Below, piece after piece: positions 1 through 8,324 of a DNA stretch of 36,680 bases. The DNA is taken from the IMG/VR virus record IMGVR_UViG_3300048577_000538, positions 1 to 36,680 of that record. One strand, given 5' to 3'. This stretch comes from a virus. Its lineage: Duplodnaviria; Caudoviricetes. Position numbers and translations under genes: made by a program. The notes beneath the pieces are model-generated. The model searched no databases, was not told the origin of the DNA, and saw nothing but the letters and a program-made list of their open reading frames with translations. The first letter of the stretch is position 1; each line of letters starts with the position of its first letter.

Positions 1-1095
1 ATGAGCTCGAAATGGGCCAAGACGAATGTTTCGAACCTTCTGCGCAACACCGACTCGGGGAGATATTACGCGCGAATAAAGGTCTCCGGTCGCCAGGTGT
101 GGCGCTCGCTCGATACTGCGGCGCTTTCGGTCGCAAAATTACGGCTCCCTGATCTGGAGAAAGAAGTCCGCTCGGTTTCGGCTCCAGTGCGTAGCACGGA
201 AAAAACAAGCTTCCGATATTGGCTTTTAAGACTCAGGGAAAAAATGGAGGCAGAAAATATCAAGCCCTCTACACTCCTTCGCTACCGTATAGCCGAGAGG
301 GCTCTTGTGGCTACGTGGCCAAATCTTGAATACGCCGACGTGCGCAGGATAACCGAGATCGACTGCAAGGAGTGGTCCAAGCGGGCGGTCAGTGAGGGGA
401 CGGGGCTCAAATCACCAAGGGCAAAGGAAGCCAAGGGAACAATGTCCGCGTCGGCGCTGAATAAGTGCATCGACGTTTTGCGGCATGCGCTCGATCTTGC
501 TCGCGAGGGCGGGTTGATCTACAAAAACCCAGCCTCATCTGTTAACCGTCTTCCGGTCCCGGCCAAACGACTAGAGCTTCCATCGCGGGAAAAATTCTAT
601 GAGCTCGCGAAGGAAATTGGGCGAGCAGGAGCAAGGCAGAGTAAAGGCGCTGAATTTCTTGTTCGCTTTTTGGCAACTTCAGGGATGCGCCTTGCCGAAG
701 CGGGCGCGGTGAAATGGGATGATGTCGATTTGGAAAGAGGAATGCTCATGGTTCGCGGAACAAAAACCAAAACCGCTCAGAGAGATATCCCGATTTTCCC
801 GGCGTTGAAATCGCTTCTTGTAGCGGTTCCGGTCGATAAAATGCTTGGGGATGTTTGCAAAATAAAATCCTGCGAGGAGGCCCTCACCCATGCCTGCGAG
901 AAGATCGGAATCAAGCGCATTACGCACCACGATTTGAGGCACCTTTTCGCGACGACCTGCATTGAGAGCGGTGTCGATATTCCGACTGTATCCAGATGGC
1001 TAGGACACTCCGACGGCGGCGCTCTTGCGATGCGGACTTACGGGCATCTGCGCTCGGAGCACTCGGAGCAGATGGCAAAACTGGTCAGGCTGTGA
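1..1095 (+). CDS. int: Tyrosine recombinase / phage integrase
   Basis: Catalytic motifs SGMRLAE (R), GTKT (K), HDLRH, LGHS, RTYGH (Y); N-terminal arm-binding-like region GRYYARIKVSGRQVWRSL. Confidence 0.95.
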   Translation: MSSKWAKTNVSNLLRNTDSGRYYARIKVSGRQVWRSLDTAALSVAKLRLPDLEKEVRSVSAPVRSTEKTSFRYWLLRLREKMEAENIKPSTLLRYRIAERALVATWPNLEYADVRRITEIDCKEWSKRAVSEGTGLKSPRAKEAKGTMSASALNKCIDVLRHALDLAREGGLIYKNPASSVNRLPVPAKRLELPSREKFYELAKEIGRAGARQSKGAEFLVRFLATSGMRLAEAGAVKWDDVDLERGMLMVRGTKTKTAQRDIPIFPALKSLLVAVPVDKMLGDVCKIKSCEEALTHACEKIGIKRITHHDLRHLFATTCIESGVDIPTVSRWLGHSDGGALAMRTYGHLRSEHSEQMAKLVRL

Positions 1096-1113
1096 ACAGC
1101 TTTCAATTTCCCC

Positions 1114-1533
1114 ATGAAATACCAACTCGACATAAACGGTTACATCACCGAGCCGCTTGATCTTCCTCAAGTCGTATCGCTCTATATGAGCGGTATTCTT
1201 ACGTTGGATACGCCAACAAAAGCAGACAGCGAAACGGCTTGGTCAAAGCTCTGCATCACGCTCCCCTTTTTAGCGTCAGCCCGCACATCGAAGGATGTTG
1301 TTTCGGAAGTGAAGCCTGATTTCGGCAACCCAATTCCGCATCTAAGAGTCGAGGTTGCGCAGCTTGATCTTGGTTTTGGAAACTTATCTAAACAGATACT
1401 TATCATTGCATTATCTTCTCTTCCTACGGTGATAATTATTTCCGTAATTGGTTTTTTGATACGCGCTATTTTAGCCGCCAGCCGATTCATTCTGGCGTAT
1501 CTCCGCAAACTTTCTTCATTCATAGCGCGTTAG
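1114..1533 (+). CDS. Membrane protein with GYF_2 (DUF4339)-like N-terminal domain; possible moron
   Basis: N-terminus YQLDING..EP.DLPQVVSLYMSGILTLDT...W resembles the GYF_2 pattern; long hydrophobic C-terminal segment; AT-richer than neighbours. Confidence 0.55.
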   Translation: MKYQLDINGYITEPLDLPQVVSLYMSGILTLDTPTKADSETAWSKLCITLPFLASARTSKDVVSEVKPDFGNPIPHLRVEVAQLDLGFGNLSKQILIIALSSLPTVIIISVIGFLIRAILAASRFILAYLRKLSSFIAR

Positions 1534-1618
1534 TTAGCAACGACATACGCCTGTTGTGTTGTTTTACCTCGCTATTTCTATAACTCACTGCCACTCTAGC
1601 ACCATCGAAACAAGGCAA

Positions 1619-1635
1619 GCCTCCATGATGGAGGC
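1619..1635. promoter_or_regulatory. Perfect palindrome GCCTCCAT-G-ATGGAGGC upstream of the accessory operon (operator or hairpin)
   Basis: 8-bp inverted repeat about 47 bp upstream of ATG 1682. Confidence 0.4.
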
Positions 1636-1681
1636 CCCGAGTGGAGAGCGGACTGGGCCGAATCCCAGAGAGGAAGAAAAA

Positions 1682-1870
1682 ATGAGCAACATCAATAACT
1701 ACCGTACCGGAAAAGAAACCGGAAAGCTCGAACTGAGCGCCGATCAGCTGGCCACCTACAAGGCCAAGGCCCAGTGGCCTCAGGGCGTAATCGAGGCGGG
1801 TGACATCCTCACACCCTCCCAGCTCGCTGAGCTAGGGGTCTCCTCAGAGGAGGTCATCTGGGTCGACTAA
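1682..1870 (+). CDS. Small hypothetical protein (62 aa, acidic C-terminal half)
   Basis: ATG 1682 preceded by GAGAGGAAG; preferred to the upstream start of the ORF track at 1556. Confidence 0.7.
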   Translation: MSNINNYRTGKETGKLELSADQLATYKAKAQWPQGVIEAGDILTPSQLAELGVSSEEVIWVD

Positions 1871-1895
1871 GCCCCCCCCAAAAAAACCTTTAACC

Positions 1896-1913
1896 GCCCC
1901 TCTTCGGAGGGGC
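1896..1913. other. Intergenic stem-loop GCCCCTC-TTCG-GAGGGGC
   Basis: 7-bp GC stem with C(UUCG)G tetraloop; A-rich flanks and no U-tract on the + strand. Confidence 0.6.
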
Positions 1914-1921
1914 AAAATAAA

Positions 1922-2194
1922 ATGGAAAAATCTCGCAAAAACACTTCTTTCCGCCGCGCATCGCACAAATTTGAGGCGCTCGAAAATCCCACTGCAGCCA
2001 AGATTGAATCCCTCCAAGCCGAGGGGCGCACGGTGCAGTTCCGCCCGAGCCGCGATGGGTACACCATCGAGGGCAACGGCTGGCTCACTCTCGGGGATCG
2101 CGTCCCTGGCTCTGGTCCCGCCGCTTTTCTATCGGAGGATGGCGCGGAAGAAATCTTCATTTCGGAAAGCGATTTTGTAAGGATTTCCAAATAA
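1922..2194 (+). CDS. Small hypothetical protein (90 aa)
   Basis: ORF in a tightly packed + strand cluster. Confidence 0.65.
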   Translation: MEKSRKNTSFRRASHKFEALENPTAAKIESLQAEGRTVQFRPSRDGYTIEGNGWLTLGDRVPGSGPAAFLSEDGAEEIFISESDFVRISK

Positions 2195-2202
2195 TTTTTA
2201 CA

Positions 2203-2448
2203 ATGAAAAATACCTCAAATAACGATGCCCCACACAAGCTCACCGTAGCTGGTCTTTCCGTGGATTACTGGCCCCGGCAAGGCTCCGTGTATGTCGAGGC
2301 GACCGATGATAGCGGGGAAATTGTCCTCGCCTGCGAGTGGACGATGGAAGGGCGCGGGGACGTGACCATCGACGAGATTAGTGATGAGGACTCGGATAGG
2401 GTGTTTTCCGCAGTGAATGCGGCGATAGCCGGAGACCCCAAATGCTAA
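2203..2448 (+). CDS. Small acidic hypothetical protein (81 aa)
   Basis: D/E-rich ORF starting 8 bp after the previous stop. Confidence 0.7.
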   Translation: MKNTSNNDAPHKLTVAGLSVDYWPRQGSVYVEATDDSGEIVLACEWTMEGRGDVTIDEISDEDSDRVFSAVNAAIAGDPKC

Positions 2449-2843
2449 CCCACCACATAACTCTTCTCACCGGCGACAGCATCGCCCATCGCCTCGATAC
2501 AATCTCCCCGGAGGCGGTGAGCGCCTGCCGCGCACTGATGCCGCACGGGGGCAAGGTGCCGGGCTTTCCGGCCTTCCGCGTCGAGATTGCAGAGGGGCAA
2601 GTATTCACAATTTTTCGTGGCCGCGAGCCGCTCGTGACCTGCGGCGTCGGCGTCGGGCGTAACCAAGTATGGGATACACTCATCGAGACGCAGGAGCATT
2701 TCGCCCCATGCGTAGTCACCGAGCCACCACACGGGCAATGGCTCGCCGTTGTGGTCCTCCCGCCGCTCGCGAACGTCGCACGCAACGACATCGCTTGGCT
2801 CGCTGACTTCGAGCGCTGCATGGCTGCGGCGCTGCTGCAATGA
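2442..2843 (+). CDS. Hypothetical protein (133 aa)
   Basis: Globular-looking ORF overlapping both neighbours; GGAG upstream. Confidence 0.75.
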   Translation: MLTHHITLLTGDSIAHRLDTISPEAVSACRALMPHGGKVPGFPAFRVEIAEGQVFTIFRGREPLVTCGVGVGRNQVWDTLIETQEHFAPCVVTEPPHGQWLAVVVLPPLANVARNDIAWLADFERCMAAALLQ

Positions 2844-3079
2844 GTGAGCACACGCAACAACAGAAGGAGTCGGTCCGACACCTGCTTGCGGTTGCGCGGT
2901 GCCTGCGGACCAATCAGCCATTCACAGCTCCGTCGCTCTGCGGCAAGTGCAATGTCAGCTCGCGCACGATCAAGCGCGACATCGCGCTTTTGCGTTCCTT
3001 CGGTTGGAAAATCTACTGGAACAATGGAGGCAACGATGGGGCCTACATTTTGATTAGCGCACCGAAACCTGTTTTGTAA
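2840..3079 (+). CDS. Stand-alone winged HTH protein (HTH_11, like the N-terminus of WYL regulators)
   Basis: TAPSL...NVSSRTIKRDIALLRSFGWKI...GAYIL pattern; ATGA overlap with the upstream gene. Confidence 0.75.
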   Translation: MSEHTQQQKESVRHLLAVARCLRTNQPFTAPSLCGKCNVSSRTIKRDIALLRSFGWKIYWNNGGNDGAYILISAPKPVL

Positions 3080-3101
3080 ACGTATTAACTTTTCTATTAC
3101 T

Positions 3102-3284
3102 ATGCCCGCACCAAAGAACAACAAGAACGCGCAGAAGAAGCCCGAGGATAGGGCGACCTCATTCCTGTATCTCAACATCACGCCCACCCAGAAATCCATC
3201 TGGGTCCGCGAGGCGCAGAAAAACAACATGAGGCTCACAGCATGGGCAACGCAGGCGCTCAACGCGGCGGTAAAGAAAGGGTAA
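3102..3284 (+). CDS. Small ribbon-helix-helix-like DNA-binding protein
   Basis: Strand SFLYLNIT then helices QKSIWVREAQK and LTAWATQALNAA; N-terminal PAPKNNKNA motif. Confidence 0.65.
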   Translation: MPAPKNNKNAQKKPEDRATSFLYLNITPTQKSIWVREAQKNNMRLTAWATQALNAAVKKG

Positions 3285-3289
3285 TAGTA

Positions 3290-3592
3290 TTACGTTTTCG
3301 GATACGCCGCTTTGATCTCAAGGCGACGAGCTTGCAGCGCATTCATTTTAGCAGGGTCTCCGGCGCGCTCCTCGAAGTACGCTTCCATGAAATCATCACG
3401 GCTGATTTCTGCGAGGTAAGCAGCGCGGCGCTTGTCTGCGTATGTCGGAGCAACGTAATCGAGCGGAGTGACTCCATTTGAGGTCTGCTCTCTCATTGCA
3501 ACCGATAGTTTATTTTCCCCGTCATCGGGGAAAAACTCCTTCGTTTCTACGCATCGAAAATAGCCGTCTTGATTTGTCTTTTGAAAGGTCAT
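3290..3592 (-). CDS. Putative tail fibre assembly/chaperone protein
   Basis: Follows the tail tip gene; YADKRRAAY...EIKAAYPK pattern seen in such small tail-associated proteins. Confidence 0.55.
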   Translation of the reverse strand: MTFQKTNQDGYFRCVETKEFFPDDGENKLSVAMREQTSNGVTPLDYVAPTYADKRRAAYLAEISRDDFMEAYFEERAGDPAKMNALQARRLEIKAAYPKT

Positions 3593-3599
3593 GGCTGCA

Positions 3600-6500
3600 T
3601 CACCAGTTTTGGGATTTCACCGAGAGTAAATAATACTTGTTTACGACAGCCGTCGCTACGACTCCGTTTGCGTCGCAGGGACCGACGAGAAACTCCCACT
3701 TGTCAGTCTGAGATGCTCCGTAAATAGTGATCGGAATTCCATGAATCTTCGCGTTTCCTGCGTCGTCGGACGATTCGGCAGCAAGAGGAAGGAAACTACC
3801 TGTCAGGTTTTTTCGGTAGTAAATACAAATAGCCCCGGTGTATCCAGAAATCTTCGCGTAGAAAATCAGATTCAATTCTCCGCTGTCGTTCGGGCTCGCG
3901 ATTGGATAGCTCGCATTGTCCGCGTTACCCGGGCCGACCATGATCGCGGGGGTGCAATGGTTCCATGCGCTATCGCTGAATGAGGTCGTCACCGGCCACG
4001 TCATTGAATTATTATAAGTCCCCTGCGCCTCGATCGTTCCGAATAGTCTCGATGGATAAGCCGCCACGTAGATTTTTGACGCCTTTGAGAGGTATTGGGC
4101 CTGCATGTACCCCGTAGCAACCTTTCCAGCCGCGAGTGACTTTATATGTGACGTATCCACTATCTCAGTACCGATATTTGCGGCCTGAGTAATTACCAAA
4201 TTTGCTCCTACCTTTACAGCGGTGACGGAACTAGCCGCAAGTTCATCTGTCCCTATCGACCCTTTGACAAGGAGGCTTCCGTTTACGATCTGTACCACGG
4301 CGACCCACGCAGACCCGGACCAGTATCTTGTTTCCGTCCACTTGTTACCAGTTGTTGAATACTGCGTAACTCGATCAAGCAGGACTTTCACAAAACCGGA
4401 GCTCGTTATTACAGAGTCCGCCGCCGTGTCACTCCATGTTTGGGTTGTCCCGGTGTCGACTTGGAACTCCTTGCTTCCGCGTGTTCCAGTTGTTCCGTCT
4501 GTGCCCACAAATTTAATAGATGCTGACCACGTCCCGGTTCCAACCCGGTGTCGCATGTAAATGTCGCCAGCCGCCCAAGTGCCATGCCAGTTCGTCGCGT
4601 CGGAACTGTATTGCACCTCTGTACTTTCCCCGTTTGCCCCCCCGACCACCGAGAGTAATGAGAATACGCCTTTAGCTCCGCTGGCTGTGTGTGTGACGAT
4701 TACTGTACAGGCAAGTGTCCCGTTTCCCTCCACGGTGTAGGAAGTGCTGTTCTCCGGGTTCTCGTATCCACCCACCACAGTCCACAGTCCTGCGCTGAAA
4801 TAGCATGGAAACTGATGGACGGCTAACTGCGTCGATCCTCGGTAGAACACCGCCTGCATGTACACTGGCCTTGTGTCGCTCCAGGCCCCACCCCCTGCGG
4901 CTTGACTGCGCGTAAGGGCGCTACTCCAGTCGGAGCTAAGCGGAGCGGAAGTAACTACGGCAGTTGTCCCGTCTGCGCCGGAGTTGCCCGTGTCGCCCTT
5001 CGGGCCATCGTGGCGCACGGGTGTGCTCCATGCGTCTATCAGTATGCCATCAAGCTGCTGTTTCGCTACGCTCATCCATAGAGGGTCTGTTCCGGTCGGA
5101 GGGTCATCGTACCATCCAGATGGGATTCCATTGCCTGAAGGGGCCGTGGGCTGGCTTGCGGCGCGCCTCCAGACAAACTCTCGGAAAATTCCGTCCTCTC
5201 CATTCACGCCATCAGTTCCGTCTGTGCCCGCCTTGCTCTTTGTGATAGTGAACCGCTTCGTGATAGTTGCGTACCCGGTTCGCGTTGCCGTGAAGTCGAC
5301 ATATGCAACATCCGCTGACATAGCGGTTACTGTCGCAGTCCTTGTGCTCAGTGTGCTTGTGCACCCGGTATCATTCTTTGTCACAGCCCAGTTTGCTGAA
5401 TCGTTACTGATTCCTTTTAGTATCACTAGTTCTGATACCGCACCGACAAAGCTTGTTACATTACCATCTTTATCTGCTGGTAGCGATATTGCAGAAAGGC
5501 TGAGTTCCGCGTTTACGGCATCAGACCCGGATGACGCGGATAACGGGGTCACTGATTGTGGCCCGACAAACGCTGATTTATACGAGCCGGAATCAACCAA
5601 ACGAATATAGATATCCCTTTGGGTTCCTGCGGTCATTCCGGAGTGAAGATAAACCGAAGCCCCGCCCGGAATTACTGGGAATGTTGCAGCCGGTATTGCA
5701 TCGACGGATGGCGTTCCTGATCCATTCGCAACAACATGAATCTCTGCGTATTCAAGGTCTGGATCTGTCGGGTTATCCCAAGACAAGCTTGCTGCCTGGG
5801 TGACCGCAACCGACGCGAAAGATGATGGAGCAGAAACCGACGTGTCAGAAAATGTGAAGGTGAGTGCGGTGGCGTCGGACAATTCGAGGCCCTGCTGAAG
5901 CGTGTATGGCGCCACTTTGAAATACCGAATGGATGGCGTGCGCGGAAATTCAGCGTGATCCACCAGCTCGCACGATTCCCGTTCTATCACAAATACCGAG
6001 GCGCTCGCCGAGTGCGAAGCCGGGGAGCTTCCGCTGCGTCCTCGAAGCACCGCAAGCGAGTACTGCCCCCCACCGAGCGCTGTGACTGCGCCGATGCTCA
6101 TTACCTCATAATCGACCACAAGAAGTAGCGTGTTGTTGAGCCGCTCCGAATCGCTTCGGTCGGTCAGAATCGAAATCTCAAAACCAGATAAGGCACAGGT
6201 GATCGTGCTTGCGGTGGTCCCTATTGCAGCGGCAAGCGTGCCGCCAAGCGCAAACGAGCGCGAATTAGTCAGGTAGTCATAGGAAGTCCCTGACAAAGAA
6301 TAATAGAGCCGGAAACCGATGCAATTTGCCGAAGGGCGAACAACCAGCGGAAGTAGCTTCGGAGCCGGGCCATCGGCCCACAAAGCGGGGACCTGCAATA
6401 GTCGAGTATTCGTCGCGGCCACTGGGATCGGCGGAGTCGGACGATTCGGCGTGGGATCAGCGGGCGCAACATAAGCAAGCGGTGCCAGACAGCGCTCAAG

Positions 6501-7826
6501 CTGTATGCTTAGTTCGGTCTCGCCCCCTGTCGCTGCGTCGCTTCGGCTGGTAATTCTATAGACTTGCTCAAGCGCGCTCGGAGAATAATTGAAAACGAAT
6601 CTGTCTCCCGGCTTGAGCCCGGCTGCTTTCTCGCGCCTGACCTTGATCGAATCATCGCCGGCCGGGATTGAGTAGTAGCGCGCCAGCTCCTGCGCCTGCT
6701 GCTTCTGCTGGTAGGAAGTACAAATAAATCTCCTGTCGTAGCTCTTGATTCTAAACTCTCCCAAACGCTCCCTGGCCGCGTCGTCACAATGTTGTTGATA
6801 CGAGTCTTCCATATCCCAGTCACGGTCTGGCCCGGTGACAATGGCGTCCGTGTAAACGCTGGCATCGTCATATCCGAGGGCAGCAAGCTGCGGGTCTTCG
6901 GTGAGGTCATGGAGGGTTAATGTTTTGAGCCCGGCCGTTGATATTGCCCCGTGCTCGAAGCGTCCGAACTCTAGTTTTTCTCCATTCCGCCTTACCCAGC
7001 CGTCGAAGTTTTCCAGCACCGCTGAAAGAAAAGAACTGAATGATGTTTTTTCTGTGATGTATGCAGACTGATACCCCATGCGGGCAAGGTGCGCGGAGTC
7101 TTCTTGGACCGAAACCGTTGCGGTCTGGTTTCGAATTGATTCCGCCAGTGTGCTGGCTGTCGCTACGTCGACGACTCCTGTCAGTCCATACCCAAAGAAG
7201 CTATTTTCCAAATACTCAGCTAGTCCGGTGATTGGATTCGCGCCTTCACGCGAGCGCTCACCATCCAGACCGGCGAAGATTGGGGCGCGCTCAACAAGTA
7301 TCCGTACATTTGGTACACTTGTTGAAGATGATACCAAGCTAAGACACTCAAGAACAGGCTGCCCACGATAGTACGGGTGGTCCTCTCCGATAGAATTCAG
7401 GATAAGCCAGTCGCCAGACGCCGTCTCAGTACCCCAATGAAGTCGGAATGTTCCAATGCCGGGAACAACAATGTTCCCAGTGTGCTCAGGGTGAGAGGAG
7501 TCGCGAGATATTCCTCCCCCGACGCACCATGCGACAGCCCCGTCGACTTCGATCTGTTCCAAGAAGTCGATTTGGCAACACGCACAAAGACCGGCCACGT
7601 TGAACGTGTAATATTCAGAACTACTGCTTCCGCTCTTCGCGGACTTTCCGCTACTTCTGGATTTGTGCGTCTGAATATTCTTGGGCTCTGTTACGCACCA
7701 AACCGGCGCAATCCATTTTCTACCGAAGAAATAAGGAAGCGGGACAGTCTGCTGACTGTTATTCAGCTTCTGCGGTGTGACAGAGGCGTAAGAGGCGTTT
7801 GTTTCCGCTGTCGATGTGGAGAACAT
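3600..7826 (-). CDS. Central tail tip / host-specificity protein (gpJ/GTA-megatron-like) with FN3-like domain and short collagen-like linkers
   Basis: 1408 aa after NlpC/P60; VPLPYFFG, HPYYRG and GDRF hub motifs; LSWDNPTDPDLEYAEI FN3-like; GTDGTDGVNGEDG and GPKGDTGNSGADG triplets. Confidence 0.85.
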   Translation of the reverse strand: MFSTSTAETNASYASVTPQKLNNSQQTVPLPYFFGRKWIAPVWCVTEPKNIQTHKSRSSGKSAKSGSSSSEYYTFNVAGLCACCQIDFLEQIEVDGAVAWCVGGGISRDSSHPEHTGNIVVPGIGTFRLHWGTETASGDWLILNSIGEDHPYYRGQPVLECLSLVSSSTSVPNVRILVERAPIFAGLDGERSREGANPITGLAEYLENSFFGYGLTGVVDVATASTLAESIRNQTATVSVQEDSAHLARMGYQSAYITEKTSFSSFLSAVLENFDGWVRRNGEKLEFGRFEHGAISTAGLKTLTLHDLTEDPQLAALGYDDASVYTDAIVTGPDRDWDMEDSYQQHCDDAARERLGEFRIKSYDRRFICTSYQQKQQAQELARYYSIPAGDDSIKVRREKAAGLKPGDRFVFNYSPSALEQVYRITSRSDAATGGETELSIQLERCLAPLAYVAPADPTPNRPTPPIPVAATNTRLLQVPALWADGPAPKLLPLVVRPSANCIGFRLYYSLSGTSYDYLTNSRSFALGGTLAAAIGTTASTITCALSGFEISILTDRSDSERLNNTLLLVVDYEVMSIGAVTALGGGQYSLAVLRGRSGSSPASHSASASVFVIERESCELVDHAEFPRTPSIRYFKVAPYTLQQGLELSDATALTFTFSDTSVSAPSSFASVAVTQAASLSWDNPTDPDLEYAEIHVVANGSGTPSVDAIPAATFPVIPGGASVYLHSGMTAGTQRDIYIRLVDSGSYKSAFVGPQSVTPLSASSGSDAVNAELSLSAISLPADKDGNVTSFVGAVSELVILKGISNDSANWAVTKNDTGCTSTLSTRTATVTAMSADVAYVDFTATRTGYATITKRFTITKSKAGTDGTDGVNGEDGIFREFVWRRAASQPTAPSGNGIPSGWYDDPPTGTDPLWMSVAKQQLDGILIDAWSTPVRHDGPKGDTGNSGADGTTAVVTSAPLSSDWSSALTRSQAAGGGAWSDTRPVYMQAVFYRGSTQLAVHQFPCYFSAGLWTVVGGYENPENSTSYTVEGNGTLACTVIVTHTASGAKGVFSLLSVVGGANGESTEVQYSSDATNWHGTWAAGDIYMRHRVGTGTWSASIKFVGTDGTTGTRGSKEFQVDTGTTQTWSDTAADSVITSSGFVKVLLDRVTQYSTTGNKWTETRYWSGSAWVAVVQIVNGSLLVKGSIGTDELAASSVTAVKVGANLVITQAANIGTEIVDTSHIKSLAAGKVATGYMQAQYLSKASKIYVAAYPSRLFGTIEAQGTYNNSMTWPVTTSFSDSAWNHCTPAIMVGPGNADNASYPIASPNDSGELNLIFYAKISGYTGAICIYYRKNLTGSFLPLAAESSDDAGNAKIHGIPITIYGASQTDKWEFLVGPCDANGVVATAVVNKYYLLSVKSQNW

Positions 7827-7829
7827 GGC

Positions 7830-8324
7830 TTAGAGTGGTTGCGGGCGATAAACCGCCGCGAGTTTTCCAAGTATTTTTTGGCCACGAATTACCGCGTCTA
7901 TGCGCATTGTGTGCGCCCCATCTGATTTTAGTGTATGAAGTATCTCCTTACTCCACAACATCAGCCCACCATGATGAGGAACTTTTCCACACGTGAAACA
8001 AAGCGCGTCACCCGGGAGAAGTTCCGAAACAGAATAGGACTCCAGCTTTGTAAAGTGAGCGACCAGTTCGGGCCACGTCTCGAAAGCCTCGATCAGAAGC
8101 GAGTGCTCTGAGTTTTGCCCCCAGTCCATCGACTGCCTTGGGATCTCGATCTTCCCTATCACTCCGCAAGTTCGGTAAACATAATCCAGCACATGCACGC
8201 AGTCCATGCCTCCGTCTCTTCCAGGCGCTTCGCTGTTTGCGAAGAACGGAGTGCCGACAACCGAAGCCACGGCGGCGCGCAGAGCCGCGTCTTTCTCCGG
8301 ACTATTGAAATATGTTGGTATCAT
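7830..8324 (-). CDS. NlpC/P60 family tail-associated protein
   Basis: GTPF...GMDCV...PGD...PHHGG...HT; start reassigned to ATG 8324 (ATGA overlap). Confidence 0.9.
   Translation of the reverse strand: MIPTYFNSPEKDAALRAAVASVVGTPFFANSEAPGRDGGMDCVHVLDYVYRTCGVIGKIEIPRQSMDWGQNSEHSLLIEAFETWPELVAHFTKLESYSVSELLPGDALCFTCGKVPHHGGLMLWSKEILHTLKSDGAHTMRIDAVIRGQKILGKLAAVYRPQPL

Noticed and set aside
1871-1886. C8/A7 homopolymers as a phase-variation switch
   Set aside because: Intergenic and not within an identifiable promoter spacer; no evidence of variation available
2378-3262. - strand 294-aa ORF
   Set aside because: Shadow of the coherent + strand small-gene cluster
3600-7826. Diversity-generating retroelement or invertible tail fibre system
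   Set aside because: No reverse transcriptase or serine invertase, and no duplicated TR/VR or inverted cassette seen by eye
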